A stretch of DNA of 64,000 nucleotides from an uncultured Pseudomonadota bacterium (GCA_963838235.1 CAWIQJ010000001.1:28686-92685), one strand, 5' to 3'. Positions 10,590-19,829 are shown, counted from the stretch's first letter. Numbers and translations are program-made. The notes: generated from the letters alone by a model not told the origin.

Positions 10590-11678
10590 CCCGAGACCCT
10601 GAAGCCGAAATCGTCATCGCCGGCCGGCGCATCGGCCCCGCCCACGAACCCTTCGTGATCTGCGAACTGTCGGGTAACCACAACGGCAGCCTCGACCGCG
10701 CCCTGACCATGGTCGACGCCGCGGCGGCCACCGGCTGCGACGCGATCAAGCTGCAGACCTATACCGCCGACACCATCACCATGGACTGCGACCGGCCCGA
10801 GTTCCAAATCGACGGCGGCCCGTGGGACGGCCGCAGTCTGCACGAACTCTACGAAGAGGCGCACACGCCCTTCGAATGGCACGCGGCGCTGTTCGAGCGC
10901 GCCAGACAGCGCGGCGTGGCGATCTTCTCCACGCCCTTCGACGAGACCGCGATCGATCTGCTCGAAGACCTCGGCGCGCCGGCCTACAAGATCGCGTCCT
11001 TCGAGGCGGTGGACCTGCCGCTGATCGCCTATGCGGCGTCCAAGGGTAAGCCGCTGATCATCTCCACCGGCATGGCCTCGCCTGGCCGAGATGACCGCCG
11101 CGCGCGACACCGCATTGAAGGCCGGCGCGGCGGGCGTGGCGCTGTTGCACTGCGTGTCGAGCTATCCCGCCGCCCTGGAAGACGCCAACGTCCGCACCGT
11201 CGCCGACATGGCGCAACGCTTCACGTCGCCCATCGGCCTCTCCGACCATACGCCCGGAACCGCCGCCGCGGTCGCCGCGGTGGCGCTGCGGCGCCAGCGC
11301 TGATCGAGAAACATTTCACCCTGGCCCGCGCCGACGGCGGTCCCGACGCCGCCTTCAGCCTCGAACCCGACGAGTTCACCGCCCTGGTGCGCGACTGCAA
11401 GGCAGGCCTGGCGCGCGCTGGGCAAGGCGCACTACGATGTCCTCGGCTCCGAACGCGCCAGCCTGCAATTCCGCCGCTCGCTCTACGTTACCGCCGACGT
11501 CCGCGCCGGCGAATCCCTCACCCGCGCCAACATCCGATCCATCCGCCCAGGCCTTGGCCTGCCGCCGGGCGAACTGGACAAGATAATCGGCCGCACGGCA
11601 ACGCGCGACCTCACGCGCGGCGAACCCCTGGCGTGGGACATGGTGGACCAAAGCTCCACGCGCGGCGAAGCGGCCTGA
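10586..11678 (+). pseudogene. pseI: pseudaminic acid synthase PseI (NeuB family), frameshifted
   Basis: FVICELSGNHNGSLDRAL...IKLQTY...YKIASFE, then LHCVSSYPA...IGLSDHT and the SAF-domain end (IRSIRPGLGLPPGELDKIIG) lie in shifted frames. Confidence 0.85.
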
Positions 11679-11733
11679 GGCCACATCGCGGTAACGACCA
11701 GCAAGCGGACCCTCCGAATGTCCGCCAAGGGTG

Positions 11734-13313
11734 GAGGCTGTGTGAGAACGCGCTGGCCGCGCGGGTTCGTTAAGCTGAGTAACGCGCGAGACCCTCAGGC
11801 CCGCATCGCGTCGATCAGCGGCGCGACGCCGAGGATCGCGATCATCGCGCTTCAGATTGTAGGCCAGCACGTGGAGGCTCATCTCGGTTCGCGACCTTTT
11901 CGAGGGTCCGCGTCTTGAAGTGGGTCGCGCCCATCCAGGCCTTGAGCGTGCCGAAGGGGTGCTCGACGGTGGCTCGGCGGATGCGCATGGCGTCGGGCTG
12001 TGCGGTCGAGCCGCTCCTGCATGGCGTCGATGACCGCCTCGTGCTCCCAGCGCTTGATCCGCCGCTCCTTGCCGGCTGTGCACTCGGTCTTCAGCGGGCA
12101 GCCGGCGCAGCTGGCGTGGTCCAGTAGCGATGCAGCGTCATGCCCGTCTCTCGACCGTGGTGAAGCGACGCGGTCAGCGGCTCGCCGGCCGGGCAGCGGT
12201 AGACGTCCTCGTCGGGCAGGTAGACGAAGTCCTGCTTGCCGAAGCGGCCCTCGGCCTTGGCGCCCGAGGTCAGCGGCTTGGGCACGTAGGGCGTGACGCC
12301 GAGCGCCTCGCAGGCCAGCACCTCCTCGCCGCTCGAAGTAGCCGCGGTCGGCCAGCACCTCGAGCGCCTCGACGCCCATCGCCGCCTTGGCCTGCGCCGG
12401 CCATGTTCGCGAGCTGGCCGCGGTCGTGGCCGACGTTGGTGACCTCGTGGGCCACGATCAGGTGGTGCTCGGCGTCGACGGCGGCCTGGACGTTGTAGCC
12501 GACGACGCCCGCTGCCGCTTGCCGCTGGTGGCCATGGCCCGCGCGTCCGGGATCGGTCAGCGAGATCTGCTGGTCGGGCGCGGCCTGCACCCCGGCCTCC
12601 AAGCGCCTTGAACGCCGCCATCTGCTCGCGCAGCTGGGCGATCTTGTCCTTCAGCCGGCCGGACTTGGCCTGCGGCCAGCTCGCCCTCCTGGCGGTCGGC
12701 CGTCTCCAGCGCCGCCAGGTAGCGCGCGATGCTGGCCTCGACCTGCTCCATCCGCTGCTGCAGCTTGGCCCGGGTGAAGTTCTTGTCGCGCGCGTTCACC
12801 GCCTTGAACTTGCTGCCGTCGATCGCCGCCACCGCGTGGCGTGAACAGCTCCAGCCGCCGGCACAGCTCCACGAACTGCCGGCAGGTCGCCCGGATCGCC
12901 GGGCCGTTGTCCTTCCGGAAGTCGGCGATGGTCTTGAAGTCCGGCGCCAGCCGCCCCGTCAGCCACATCAGCTCGACGTTGCGCTGCGCCTCCCGCTCCA
13001 GCCGCCGGCTCGACGCGACCTGGTTGAGGTAGCCGTAGACGTAGATCTTCAGCAGCAGGCCCGGGTGGTAGCCCGGCCGGCCCGTCGCCGCCGGGCTCGA
13101 CACCCTCGAACCCCAGCGCTCCCAGGTCCAGCTCGTCGACGAACACGTCGATCACCCGGACCGGGTTCTCCTCGCGACACCTAGTCGTCCAGATATTCCG
13201 GAAGCAGAACGCCCTGCCGGCGATCCTCACCCTCGACGAAGCGCTTCATCGACAACCCCACAGCCTGCGTCGATGAGCGAGCCTAAGCTGCGTCGGCGTT
13301 TTCACACAGCCTC
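11734..13313 (-). mobile_element. IS5/IS1182-family insertion sequence (decayed)
   Basis: 18-bp imperfect terminal inverted repeats: gaggctgtgtgagaacgc at 11734-11751 versus the reverse complement of 13296-13313, with 1 mismatch. GGTG is present on both flanks (candidate 4-bp target duplication). The element encloses the transposase remnant. Confidence 0.7.
11795..13249 (-). pseudogene. IS5/IS1182-family DDE transposase with many frameshifts
   Basis: Fragments lie in all three minus frames: MKRFVEGEDRRQG, NPVRVIDVFVDELDLGALGFEGVEP, TGRPGYHPGLLLKIYVYGYLNQVASSRRLEREAQRNVELMWLTG, VGYNVQAAVDAEHHLIVAHEVTN, EVLADRGY, RIKRWEHEAVIDAMQERL, MSLHVLAYNLKR. Confidence 0.8.
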
Positions 13314-13328
13314 GGTGGAAAGCGGACG

Positions 13329-13796
13329 TTGGCATGGTTGACACGCTCGTCTCGCACGCCCAGCCTGCTCATGTATTCACCCGCAAAGCCGCTTGGAAAG
13401 GTGCGATTGAAAGCCCTATTTGTGTGCTTCTCGCTCGTCGCTATCGCCTCATTTCCTTGCGTGGTGAGGGCGGATGCGCTCGTGACTGCTGACGGCCCTC
13501 AAATTAACTCTCCGGCTCAGCTGCAAGAGCTGAAGCGCAAAGCCCGCTCCGGAGACAACGCGGCGGCTGAGACGCTGTTCTTCGGAAAGCAAGGACTTAA
13601 TTGGCTTAAACTGGCCGCCCGTCGGGGCGACTGTAATGCCATAGATACTTTGATCGAAGAAAACACCTGGGCCAGTCGATGGTCTGGCGCGAGATATTGG
13701 CTAAGACGATCAGAACATTTTTCGTGCGCTAACACACCTGAAAGCCGCAATGAGATTTGCACAAGCATGTATGACTTCGAGTTCACGCGGACGTAA
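13329..13796 (+). CDS. hypothetical exported protein, possibly Sel1/TPR-like, in a low-GC patch
   Basis: Signal-like KALFVCFSLVAIASFPCVVRADA; an alternative start at 13371 is likely. G+C is visibly lower than the flanks. It sits immediately beside the IS end. Confidence 0.45.
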   Translation: MAWLTRSSRTPSLLMYSPAKPLGKVRLKALFVCFSLVAIASFPCVVRADALVTADGPQINSPAQLQELKRKARSGDNAAAETLFFGKQGLNWLKLAARRGDCNAIDTLIEENTWASRWSGARYWLRRSEHFSCANTPESRNEICTSMYDFEFTRT

Positions 13797-14001
13797 TAAA
13801 AAGGGCGAAAGCAGGCGACTGTCGCGCCCTTCGGGGCCTTCTTCTTGGCTACCGTGAAGAGGGACTGTCCGCCCGCCCATGGGTGGAACGCGTGCGACAG
13901 AATTGCAGAGGCGCCGAGGACTGACGTCCGCCTTGGGTCGGTAGCGGTCGGGAGGTCAGAGCCGGAAAGCGGACCCGTCTGACGCCAGCTGGCGCTGGTG
14001 A

Positions 14002-14047
14002 GCGGAAAAGCGGGGACACGTGCCGGTACATGTCCCCACTTTTCCGC
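14002..14047. repeat. long imperfect hairpin / inverted repeat in non-coding DNA
   Basis: gcggaaaag-c-ggggaca ... tgtcccc-a-cttttccgc. About 16 paired positions around a 12-nt loop. Confidence 0.5.
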
Positions 14048-14154
14048 CGTCGCGCTGAGCGCGCGGCAGATTGCGAGCATGTGGTCTGAGCGCTTGCTGG
14101 CGCAACCGAGGTCACGAGCGCGAACGCTCCGATCTCGCGGGCGGCGGCCGCAAC

Positions 14155-14185
14155 AAAAAAGGCCGCCGGAGACCGGCGGCCTTTT
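14155..14185 (-). terminator. rho-independent terminator downstream of the HU gene (bidirectional architecture)
   Basis: A6-ggccgccgg-aga-ccggcggcc-TTTT. It has a 9-bp GC stem and gives a T-run on the minus strand. Confidence 0.75.
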
Positions 14186-14207
14186 CGTGCCGTTGGAAAC
14201 GGCGGTC

Positions 14208-14546
14208 TTAGATCGCTTCCTTGACTTCCTTGGCGGCGCGGAAGGCGAGCTTCTTGCTGGCCTTGATCTTGATCGCCTCGCCGGTCGCCGGGTTGCGGCC
14301 CATGCGGGCGGCGCGCTTGCGGACCTGCAGAATGCCGATGCCGAGGCGGATCTTCTCGCCCTTTTTGAGGTGCTTGACGATCAGGCTGGTCAGGTCGGCC
14401 ATGATCGCTTCGACGGTCTTTTTGGACAGGTCGTGGCTGGCGGCGAGGGTGGCGGCAAGTTGCTTGGACGAGACGGTGACAACCTTGGCGGTGGCGGACT
14501 TGGGGGCTGCAGCCTTGGCGGGGGCGGACTTTTTGGCGACGGGCAT
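14208..14546 (-). CDS. hup: HU-family DNA-binding protein with an Ala/Lys-rich N-terminal extension
   Basis: HU core (KKTVEAIMADLTSLIVKHLKKGEKIRLGIGILQVRKRAARMGRNPATGEAIKIKASK) preceded by MPVAKKSAPAKAAAPKSATAK. Confidence 0.9.
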   Translation of the reverse strand: MPVAKKSAPAKAAAPKSATAKVVTVSSKQLAATLAASHDLSKKTVEAIMADLTSLIVKHLKKGEKIRLGIGILQVRKRAARMGRNPATGEAIKIKASKKLAFRAAKEVKEAI

Positions 14547-14829
14547 ATGACGAATCCTATGTGGTTGGCTCGCAATCGGCGCCGATCAAGCGGGCGATTC
14601 GCGTAACCTAAGCATATGTTGTCGCGCCGTGAAACGGAATGAGCCTTTATTTGCAGGCTCGGAGGCGCTGTCGGAGGCGATTTGAGCGCCTCGATGGGGG
14701 GCGAATCGCGCCCCCGCCTGGACTATCACCGGAGCCCGGGCGGCGACGCGGTCGGGGACCGGGCGCCGCGGTTTGCGCGGCTCGCGGCGTTCCACTAGGT
14801 CCTGTGCAGTTCGTCTTCCTGAGGTCCGG

Positions 14830-16185
14830 ATGTCCATCAACCGCCGGGAATGCTTCAAACAGTCGGCCCTGACGGCGGCGTGGCTCGGTCTCCCGCCCGT
14901 CTGGCGGACCGAGCTCAGCCTGGGGAGCAAGCGTCCCTACCTCGACCTCGCGGTCCGGTGCGCCGAGTGGATCGAGACGTCGCGCCAGCAGACCGACCAC
15001 GGCGTCCGGTGGCCGGCCGACCCGTTGCACCCGGAGAACACCGAGCTCGATCTCTACAACGGCGTCGCCGGCGTCGTCGTGTTTCTGGCCGAGCTGCACA
15101 GGAGCACCGGCGACCGCCGCTGGATGATGTCCGCCGCGGCCGGCGCCGACTATCTGATCTCCGAGGTCGCCGCCCAGGGCGACAAGGTCGACTGCGGCCT
15201 CTACAGCGGGCTCGCGGGATTGAGCTTCGCGGTCGCAAGCGTCACGACCGCCGGCGGCGATCAGCGTTTCGATCAGGCCGCTCGCGACATCCTCGGCCGG
15301 TTGAAGGCGCGCGCCCGGGCCGTCGGCGACGGCGTGCAATGGAGCGACGACTACGACGTGATCAGCGGCTCGGCCGGAATCGGGTTGGCCCTGCTCGAAG
15401 CGCATCGGCGCTGGGGCGATGACGAAGCCTTGGGGCTTGCCCGCAAAGCGGGCGTGCGTCTGATCGGGAACGGCGTTGCGGCCGAAGGCGGGACCATGTG
15501 GTTCCCGTCAGCGACGATCAAGGGGAACTATCCCAACTTCTCGCACGGCACGTCCGGCGTCGGATACTTCCTGGCCAGCCTGTATCATCGCACGCGCGAT
15601 CGCCGCTTTCTCGACGGCGCGCTCGCCGGCGCCCGCTATCTCGACGCGATCGCGACCCGCAAGGACGGCGGCACGCTGATCTTCCACCATGATCCGGGCG
15701 GCCGCGATCTCTACTATCTGAGCTGGTGTCACGGTCCGGGCGGCACCGCGCGTCTGTTCTATCGACTGCATCAAGCGACCGGCGACCCGCAATGGCTCGA
15801 CTGGGTGCATTCGCTCACCCGCGGTTTGCTCGCCGCGGGCGTCCCGGAACAGCGCTCGCCGGGCTACTGGGAAAACATCAGTCAGTGCTGCGGCGACACC
15901 GGGATGGGTCAGTACTTTCTCGATCTGGAGCGATACCTCGACGACCGGACAGCGCGCGCGATGGTCGAACGCGTCGTCGCCGACACCATGCGCAGACGCA
16001 CGGATGACTCAGCGGGACTGCGATGGGTTCAGGCCGAAAACCGGACCGAGCCGGCCAACCGCGTGGCTCAGACCGGGTTCATGCAGGGCGCCGCGGGGGT
16101 GGGAACCTTCCTGCTGCGGCTCGATCGGACGGCGGCGGGCAAGCGTTGGGCCATCGATTTCCCGGACACGCCCTTCGTCGGCTAG
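14830..16185 (+). CDS. LanC-like (lanthionine synthetase C family) protein with a twin-arginine signal
   Basis: MSINRRECFKQSALTAAWLGL, then repeated GxxG alpha-toroid motifs (LYNGVAGV, LYSGLAGL, SGSAGIG), SHGTSGVGYF, WCHGPGG and CCGDTGMG. A GAGG RBS lies 5 nt upstream of the ATG. Confidence 0.8.
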   Translation: MSINRRECFKQSALTAAWLGLPPVWRTELSLGSKRPYLDLAVRCAEWIETSRQQTDHGVRWPADPLHPENTELDLYNGVAGVVVFLAELHRSTGDRRWMMSAAAGADYLISEVAAQGDKVDCGLYSGLAGLSFAVASVTTAGGDQRFDQAARDILGRLKARARAVGDGVQWSDDYDVISGSAGIGLALLEAHRRWGDDEALGLARKAGVRLIGNGVAAEGGTMWFPSATIKGNYPNFSHGTSGVGYFLASLYHRTRDRRFLDGALAGARYLDAIATRKDGGTLIFHHDPGGRDLYYLSWCHGPGGTARLFYRLHQATGDPQWLDWVHSLTRGLLAAGVPEQRSPGYWENISQCCGDTGMGQYFLDLERYLDDRTARAMVERVVADTMRRRTDDSAGLRWVQAENRTEPANRVAQTGFMQGAAGVGTFLLRLDRTAAGKRWAIDFPDTPFVG

Positions 16186-16231
16186 GCGCAGCTTCAGTCC
16201 TTCACGCTTGGTTCCGTGCGGCCCGGCAGCG

Positions 16232-16960
16232 CTACCCCGCGCGCCAATCCGGTTGGGCGGCGATGGTGTGCATATGGTCGGTGAGGCCGGTCCAGCCGAG
16301 GTTCATCAGCGCGTCGATGAAGGCGAGGTAAGGCGTGAAGGCGCCGTCTTCGCCCTGCGCATAGGCGATCGGGGAATAGGAGCGGTAGCGGACCGGGAAG
16401 GCCGCGTCGGCGAAGACACGGTCGGCGGCCATATAGTCCGCGGCCCCGCGCGGTGAGACATAGGTGTCGCCCTCAAGCGCGCGACAGAGTTCCAGTACGT
16501 GCTCGGAGCGGCGGCCGCCACATCCGAGCGCGCTCGCCCGCACCATTTTGCTCTGCAGGCCGAGACGGCGCGCCGCCTGCTCGATAGTGGCGCAGGTCAG
16601 GTCGGTGAGGCGCTCGCGTGGACCGTTCGCGAGCAGGTCGCTGACGAACGCCCAGCCTTCGTCGAACCGCGGCCGTCCGCGATAGGCGGCCTCGATGGCG
16701 GCGAGATGGTCTGACCGCCACGGCTTGTCTTCGTCGATCTCGATGTCGCGCAGCAGGGTCTGCAGCGGCTGCTTGCGCACCGGCACGCTCAGCATCGCTT
16801 CGCCGCCGCCGGGCGCGAGGATGCGGTTCTTCTGTTGCCACGACTTGCGTTCGAACTGGACATCGTCGAGCAGGACGAACACATCGGTTTGGGCGATCAA
16901 GTCGAAATAGCCGAGGTAAGGCAGGTAGGTCGGCTGCATGATCGCGACCGTGCGGCTCAC
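16232..16960 (-). CDS. WbqC-family protein
   Basis: MQPTYLPYLGYFDLI...FERKSWQQKNRI is characteristic of WbqC-like proteins in polysaccharide loci. Confidence 0.8.
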   Translation of the reverse strand: MSRTVAIMQPTYLPYLGYFDLIAQTDVFVLLDDVQFERKSWQQKNRILAPGGGEAMLSVPVRKQPLQTLLRDIEIDEDKPWRSDHLAAIEAAYRGRPRFDEGWAFVSDLLANGPRERLTDLTCATIEQAARRLGLQSKMVRASALGCGGRRSEHVLELCRALEGDTYVSPRGAADYMAADRVFADAAFPVRYRSYSPIAYAQGEDGAFTPYLAFIDALMNLGWTGLTDHMHTIAAQPDWRAG

Positions 16961-17619
16961 GAGGGCGTCACCCCGCTGATCACCAGATCGCTGTTGGGCG
17001 CGATGAGCACGCCCGACTGGATGTTGTCGAAACTGACCCGCAGCACCACCATGTCCTGAAGGTCGAGCGTCTTGCGCAGCAGGGTCACCGCCTCGGCGTC
17101 GTCATAGAAGTGATTGATCAGCCCGGCCTCGCCGGTCTCCCGGGTCGAGAGCCGCCAGCTGTGGGGCGCGACCGCTTCGCCGCGGCCGCAGCGGTAATCC
17201 TCCCGCGTGCGCAGCCGCACGAAGACTTCGCAACCCGGTTTCAGCCGCGGCGCGAAATCCGTCAGCAGTCGCTCCGCGTTCCCGGCGCCGAGATAGTAGA
17301 GGCTGCTGGGCGCCAGCAGGACGTCCCACGGTCCGTCGAGCTCGGGCGGCGAAACCTTGGACAGGTCCGCGACCACCAGGGTCGCGTCATCGCGCAGGTT
17401 CCAGCGCGCATCATCGATCGCCCGCGCGTCGATGTCGGCGCCGGCGACGCGCCAGCCGAACGCCTGATAGAGCGCGAGATTGGAGGCCGAGCCACAGCCA
17501 AGCTCGACCACACGGCACGGCGCGACCTTGGGTCGCCGGTCGAGGCCGCGCCGGAAAAAATGCCGGACCAAGAACTCATCCGGGAACCTCAGGCCGCGAA
17601 TTTCCGTCAGGGGCCGCAA
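16957..17619 (-). CDS. class I SAM-dependent methyltransferase
   Basis: Motif I VVELGCGSASNL. Overlaps the WbqC gene start by 4 nt (operon). Confidence 0.75.
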   Translation of the reverse strand: MRPLTEIRGLRFPDEFLVRHFFRRGLDRRPKVAPCRVVELGCGSASNLALYQAFGWRVAGADIDARAIDDARWNLRDDATLVVADLSKVSPPELDGPWDVLLAPSSLYYLGAGNAERLLTDFAPRLKPGCEVFVRLRTREDYRCGRGEAVAPHSWRLSTRETGEAGLINHFYDDAEAVTLLRKTLDLQDMVVLRVSFDNIQSGVLIAPNSDLVISGVTPS

Positions 17620-17621
17620 CG

Positions 17622-17852
17622 CTAGTGTCCCGAATCCAAAAATCGCATCGCTTTGTGGAGGCCGGTGACGGCCCCGCTGAAGACCAGCGGCAAGGCGAGA
17701 TTGGCGCCGGTTCCCGAACCCAGCTCCACCATACGCCCGGGCCTGCGGTCCAGTCCTTGCTTGAAGAACCGGCGCGTGACGGGGGCGTCAGGGTATTTCA
17801 GGCCTTTGATTTCGCGCAGATGTCGCACGCCGTATCGCCCGTCCGCGTTCAT
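17622..17852 (-). pseudogene. truncated N-terminal paralogue of the adjacent methyltransferase
   Basis: 76 codons (MNADGRYGVRHLREIKGLKYPDAPVTRRFFKQGLDRRPGRMVELGSGTGANLAL...) run parallel to the first ~70 aa of 16957..17619, then stop 2 nt before that gene's start. Confidence 0.5.
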
Positions 17853-17915
17853 CTCTAGACTTGAGAATCGCACGGTTCGGTGATTTGCCGAACACGAAGT
17901 TAAGCAAGGACAACC

Positions 17916-18704
17916 ATGATCCTGGCGGTGCTGCAGGCGCGGATGAGTTCGACCCGCCTGCCGGGCAAGGTGATGAAGCCGCTGCTCGGCGAGCCCATGA
18001 TCCTGCGCCAGCTCGACCGTCTGCGTCATGCGGATCGGATCGACCGGCTGGTGGTGGCGACCAGCGACCATACCTCCGACGACCCGCTTGCGGCCGGGCT
18101 GAGGGAGGCCGGCGTCGAGGTTCATCGCGGGCCACTCGACGACGTGCTGGCGCGGTTCGCCGGCGCCGTGCGCGCGTTCGGGCCGGCGTCGCACGTGGTG
18201 CGCCTGACCGCGGACTGCCCGCTCGCCGACTGGCGGGTGATCGACTCCTGTATCGATTTCCACCTCGACGGTAAGTTCGACTACACGTCCAACGACCTGG
18301 AGCGGACCTTTCCGCACGGCCTCGATGTGGAGGTGATGACCACGGCGGCGCTGGGCATCGCCGCGCGTGAAGCGTCGGCCGGGGAAGAGCGCGAGCACGT
18401 GACGCCCTTCCTCTATCGCCGGCCCGAACGGTTTCGGTTGGGGTCGCTGACCCAGGCCGTTGATCAGAGCGCCGAGCGATGGACGGTGGACACCCAGGCC
18501 GACTTCGACTTCGTGCGCCGGGTCTACGAGCGGCTCTATCCGACGAACGCTGCGTTCACCACCGAGGATGTGATGGCGCTCGACTTCCGCCACACGGCGG
18601 TGGACGCTTACGGTCGTATAGATATTACCGCAGAGAACCAGAGAAAGAAAAGCCGCAGAGACCGCAGGCGGTGCCGAATGTCCTCCATCGCGCGATTTTT
18701 TTAG
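17916..18704 (+). CDS. cytidylyltransferase (SpsF/COG1861 type; candidate CMP-nonulosonate synthetase of the pse pathway). The 3' end runs into a repeat element.
   Basis: MILAVLQARMSSTRLPGKVMKPL...LTADCPL motifs. The last ~27 codons (ITAENQRKKSRRDRRRCRMSSIARFF) are encoded by the family-2 repeat. Confidence 0.75.
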   Translation: MILAVLQARMSSTRLPGKVMKPLLGEPMILRQLDRLRHADRIDRLVVATSDHTSDDPLAAGLREAGVEVHRGPLDDVLARFAGAVRAFGPASHVVRLTADCPLADWRVIDSCIDFHLDGKFDYTSNDLERTFPHGLDVEVMTTAALGIAAREASAGEEREHVTPFLYRRPERFRLGSLTQAVDQSAERWTVDTQADFDFVRRVYERLYPTNAAFTTEDVMALDFRHTAVDAYGRIDITAENQRKKSRRDRRRCRMSSIARFF

Positions 18705-18770
18705 GAGGTCGCTTCGCGAGCTCCCTCTTCTGCGTCCTCTGCGTCTTCTCTGCGATCTCTGCGGTAGAAT
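18624..18770. repeat. MITE-like element, family 2, copy 1
   Basis: Imperfect inverted arms (accgcagaga..cagagaa...gcagag / ctctgc...ttctctgcgatctctgcggt). The core (atgtcctc...aggtcgcttcgcga..ctccctc) is shared with 41049-41209. Confidence 0.65.
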
Positions 18771-18785
18771 CTTTGCCTGGAGACG

Positions 18786-19829
18786 TCAGCGCTTCGTGAT
18801 GAAGTTTAGGAAAGCGTCTGCGACGCGTGACGCACCCAGGCCGTCGCAGAGCTTGGCGCTTTGGGCGGATAGGCGCGCGCACCGTTCAGGACTGCGCATC
18901 AGGCCGGTGAAGGCGCGGTCGAAGGCGGCTTCGAAATCGGAGGCTCGCGCGTCGGCGAGTTCGACGGCGCCATGGTTCGCGAGCCAGGCGCCGAGGGCGG
19001 CCTGGTTGTCGGCCAACACCACCAGCACAGCGGCGAGGCCGAGGGTGCAGCGCTCCCAGACACTGGCCCCGCCGGCGCCGACGCAGAGGTCGGCTTCCGA
19101 CATCAGCGACGCCATGTCTTCCACAGCGATGTGGACGCGCACGCGCGGATCGCGCGCCGCCAGGGCCGTCATTCTCGCTTCGCTTGCGGCGCCCGGGCCG
19201 AGCACCACGTCGAGCGACGTTTCGCCGAGACGCGAAAGCATGCGGTCGACCACGCGGGCGGTGATCCCGCCCACGTCCGTCAATCCCATGGACACCATTA
19301 CGCGCCGAACCGGCCCCTGCGCGCTGCGACGCGCCAGGGTCTCTGCACGCAAGGCGGCGAAGCGCGGGCGCACCGGGGCGTACCCCGGTCCGAGCAGAAG
19401 CCGCGCGCCGGGCGGAACGAGGCCGTCGTAATCCCGCGCGCCGATGCCGGGGTCGGGCTCGACGATCAGGTCGCCGTGCAGCGGCCGGTCGGTGAGATCG
19501 TCGATGATCAGGGTCGGCTTGCCGTGTGCAATGGCGCGGTGGGCCTCTGCGTCGAGACGGAAACTGTCGAAAACAAGGGCGTCGAACCCGACCGCCGCCT
19601 GCGCTGCGTCCTCAGCCAGTATCGCGGGATCGGCGTCGCGCGCCGCGATCCGCCCGACCTCGGGACCCGCGAACAGGTCGAGGATGCCGGCCGCCGGCGG
19701 CGAGGCCATGAAGGCGGTGGCCGCGCCCCGCGCCCTAAGCGCCTCGGCCAGGGTCAGGCAGCGCATGACGTGGCCACCGCCGATCTCGGGGCCCGCGTCG
19801 GCGACGAAGAGGATCCGCAGCGCGCTCAT
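18786..19829 (-). CDS. pseG: UDP-2,4-diacetamido-2,4,6-trideoxy-beta-L-altropyranose hydrolase PseG/FlmD-like
   Basis: MSALRILFVADAGPEIGGGHVMRCLTLAEAL N-terminus and a GT-B-like C-terminal half, typical of PseG. Lies within the pse gene neighbourhood. Confidence 0.8.
   Translation of the reverse strand: MSALRILFVADAGPEIGGGHVMRCLTLAEALRARGAATAFMASPPAAGILDLFAGPEVGRIAARDADPAILAEDAAQAAVGFDALVFDSFRLDAEAHRAIAHGKPTLIIDDLTDRPLHGDLIVEPDPGIGARDYDGLVPPGARLLLGPGYAPVRPRFAALRAETLARRSAQGPVRRVMVSMGLTDVGGITARVVDRMLSRLGETSLDVVLGPGAASEARMTALAARDPRVRVHIAVEDMASLMSEADLCVGAGGASVWERCTLGLAAVLVVLADNQAALGAWLANHGAVELADARASDFEAAFDRAFTGLMRSPERCARLSAQSAKLCDGLGASRVADAFLNFITKR

Noticed and set aside
11879-13230. Numerous 60-180-aa ORFs on both strands inside the IS element
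   Set aside because: The minus-strand ones are fragments of a single frameshifted transposase and are annotated once. The plus-strand ones are shadows.
17853-18593. Upstream ~247 codons of minus ORF 17622..18593
   Set aside because: They are antisense to the cytidylyltransferase gene. Only the last 76 codons resemble a real protein (the methyltransferase N-terminus).
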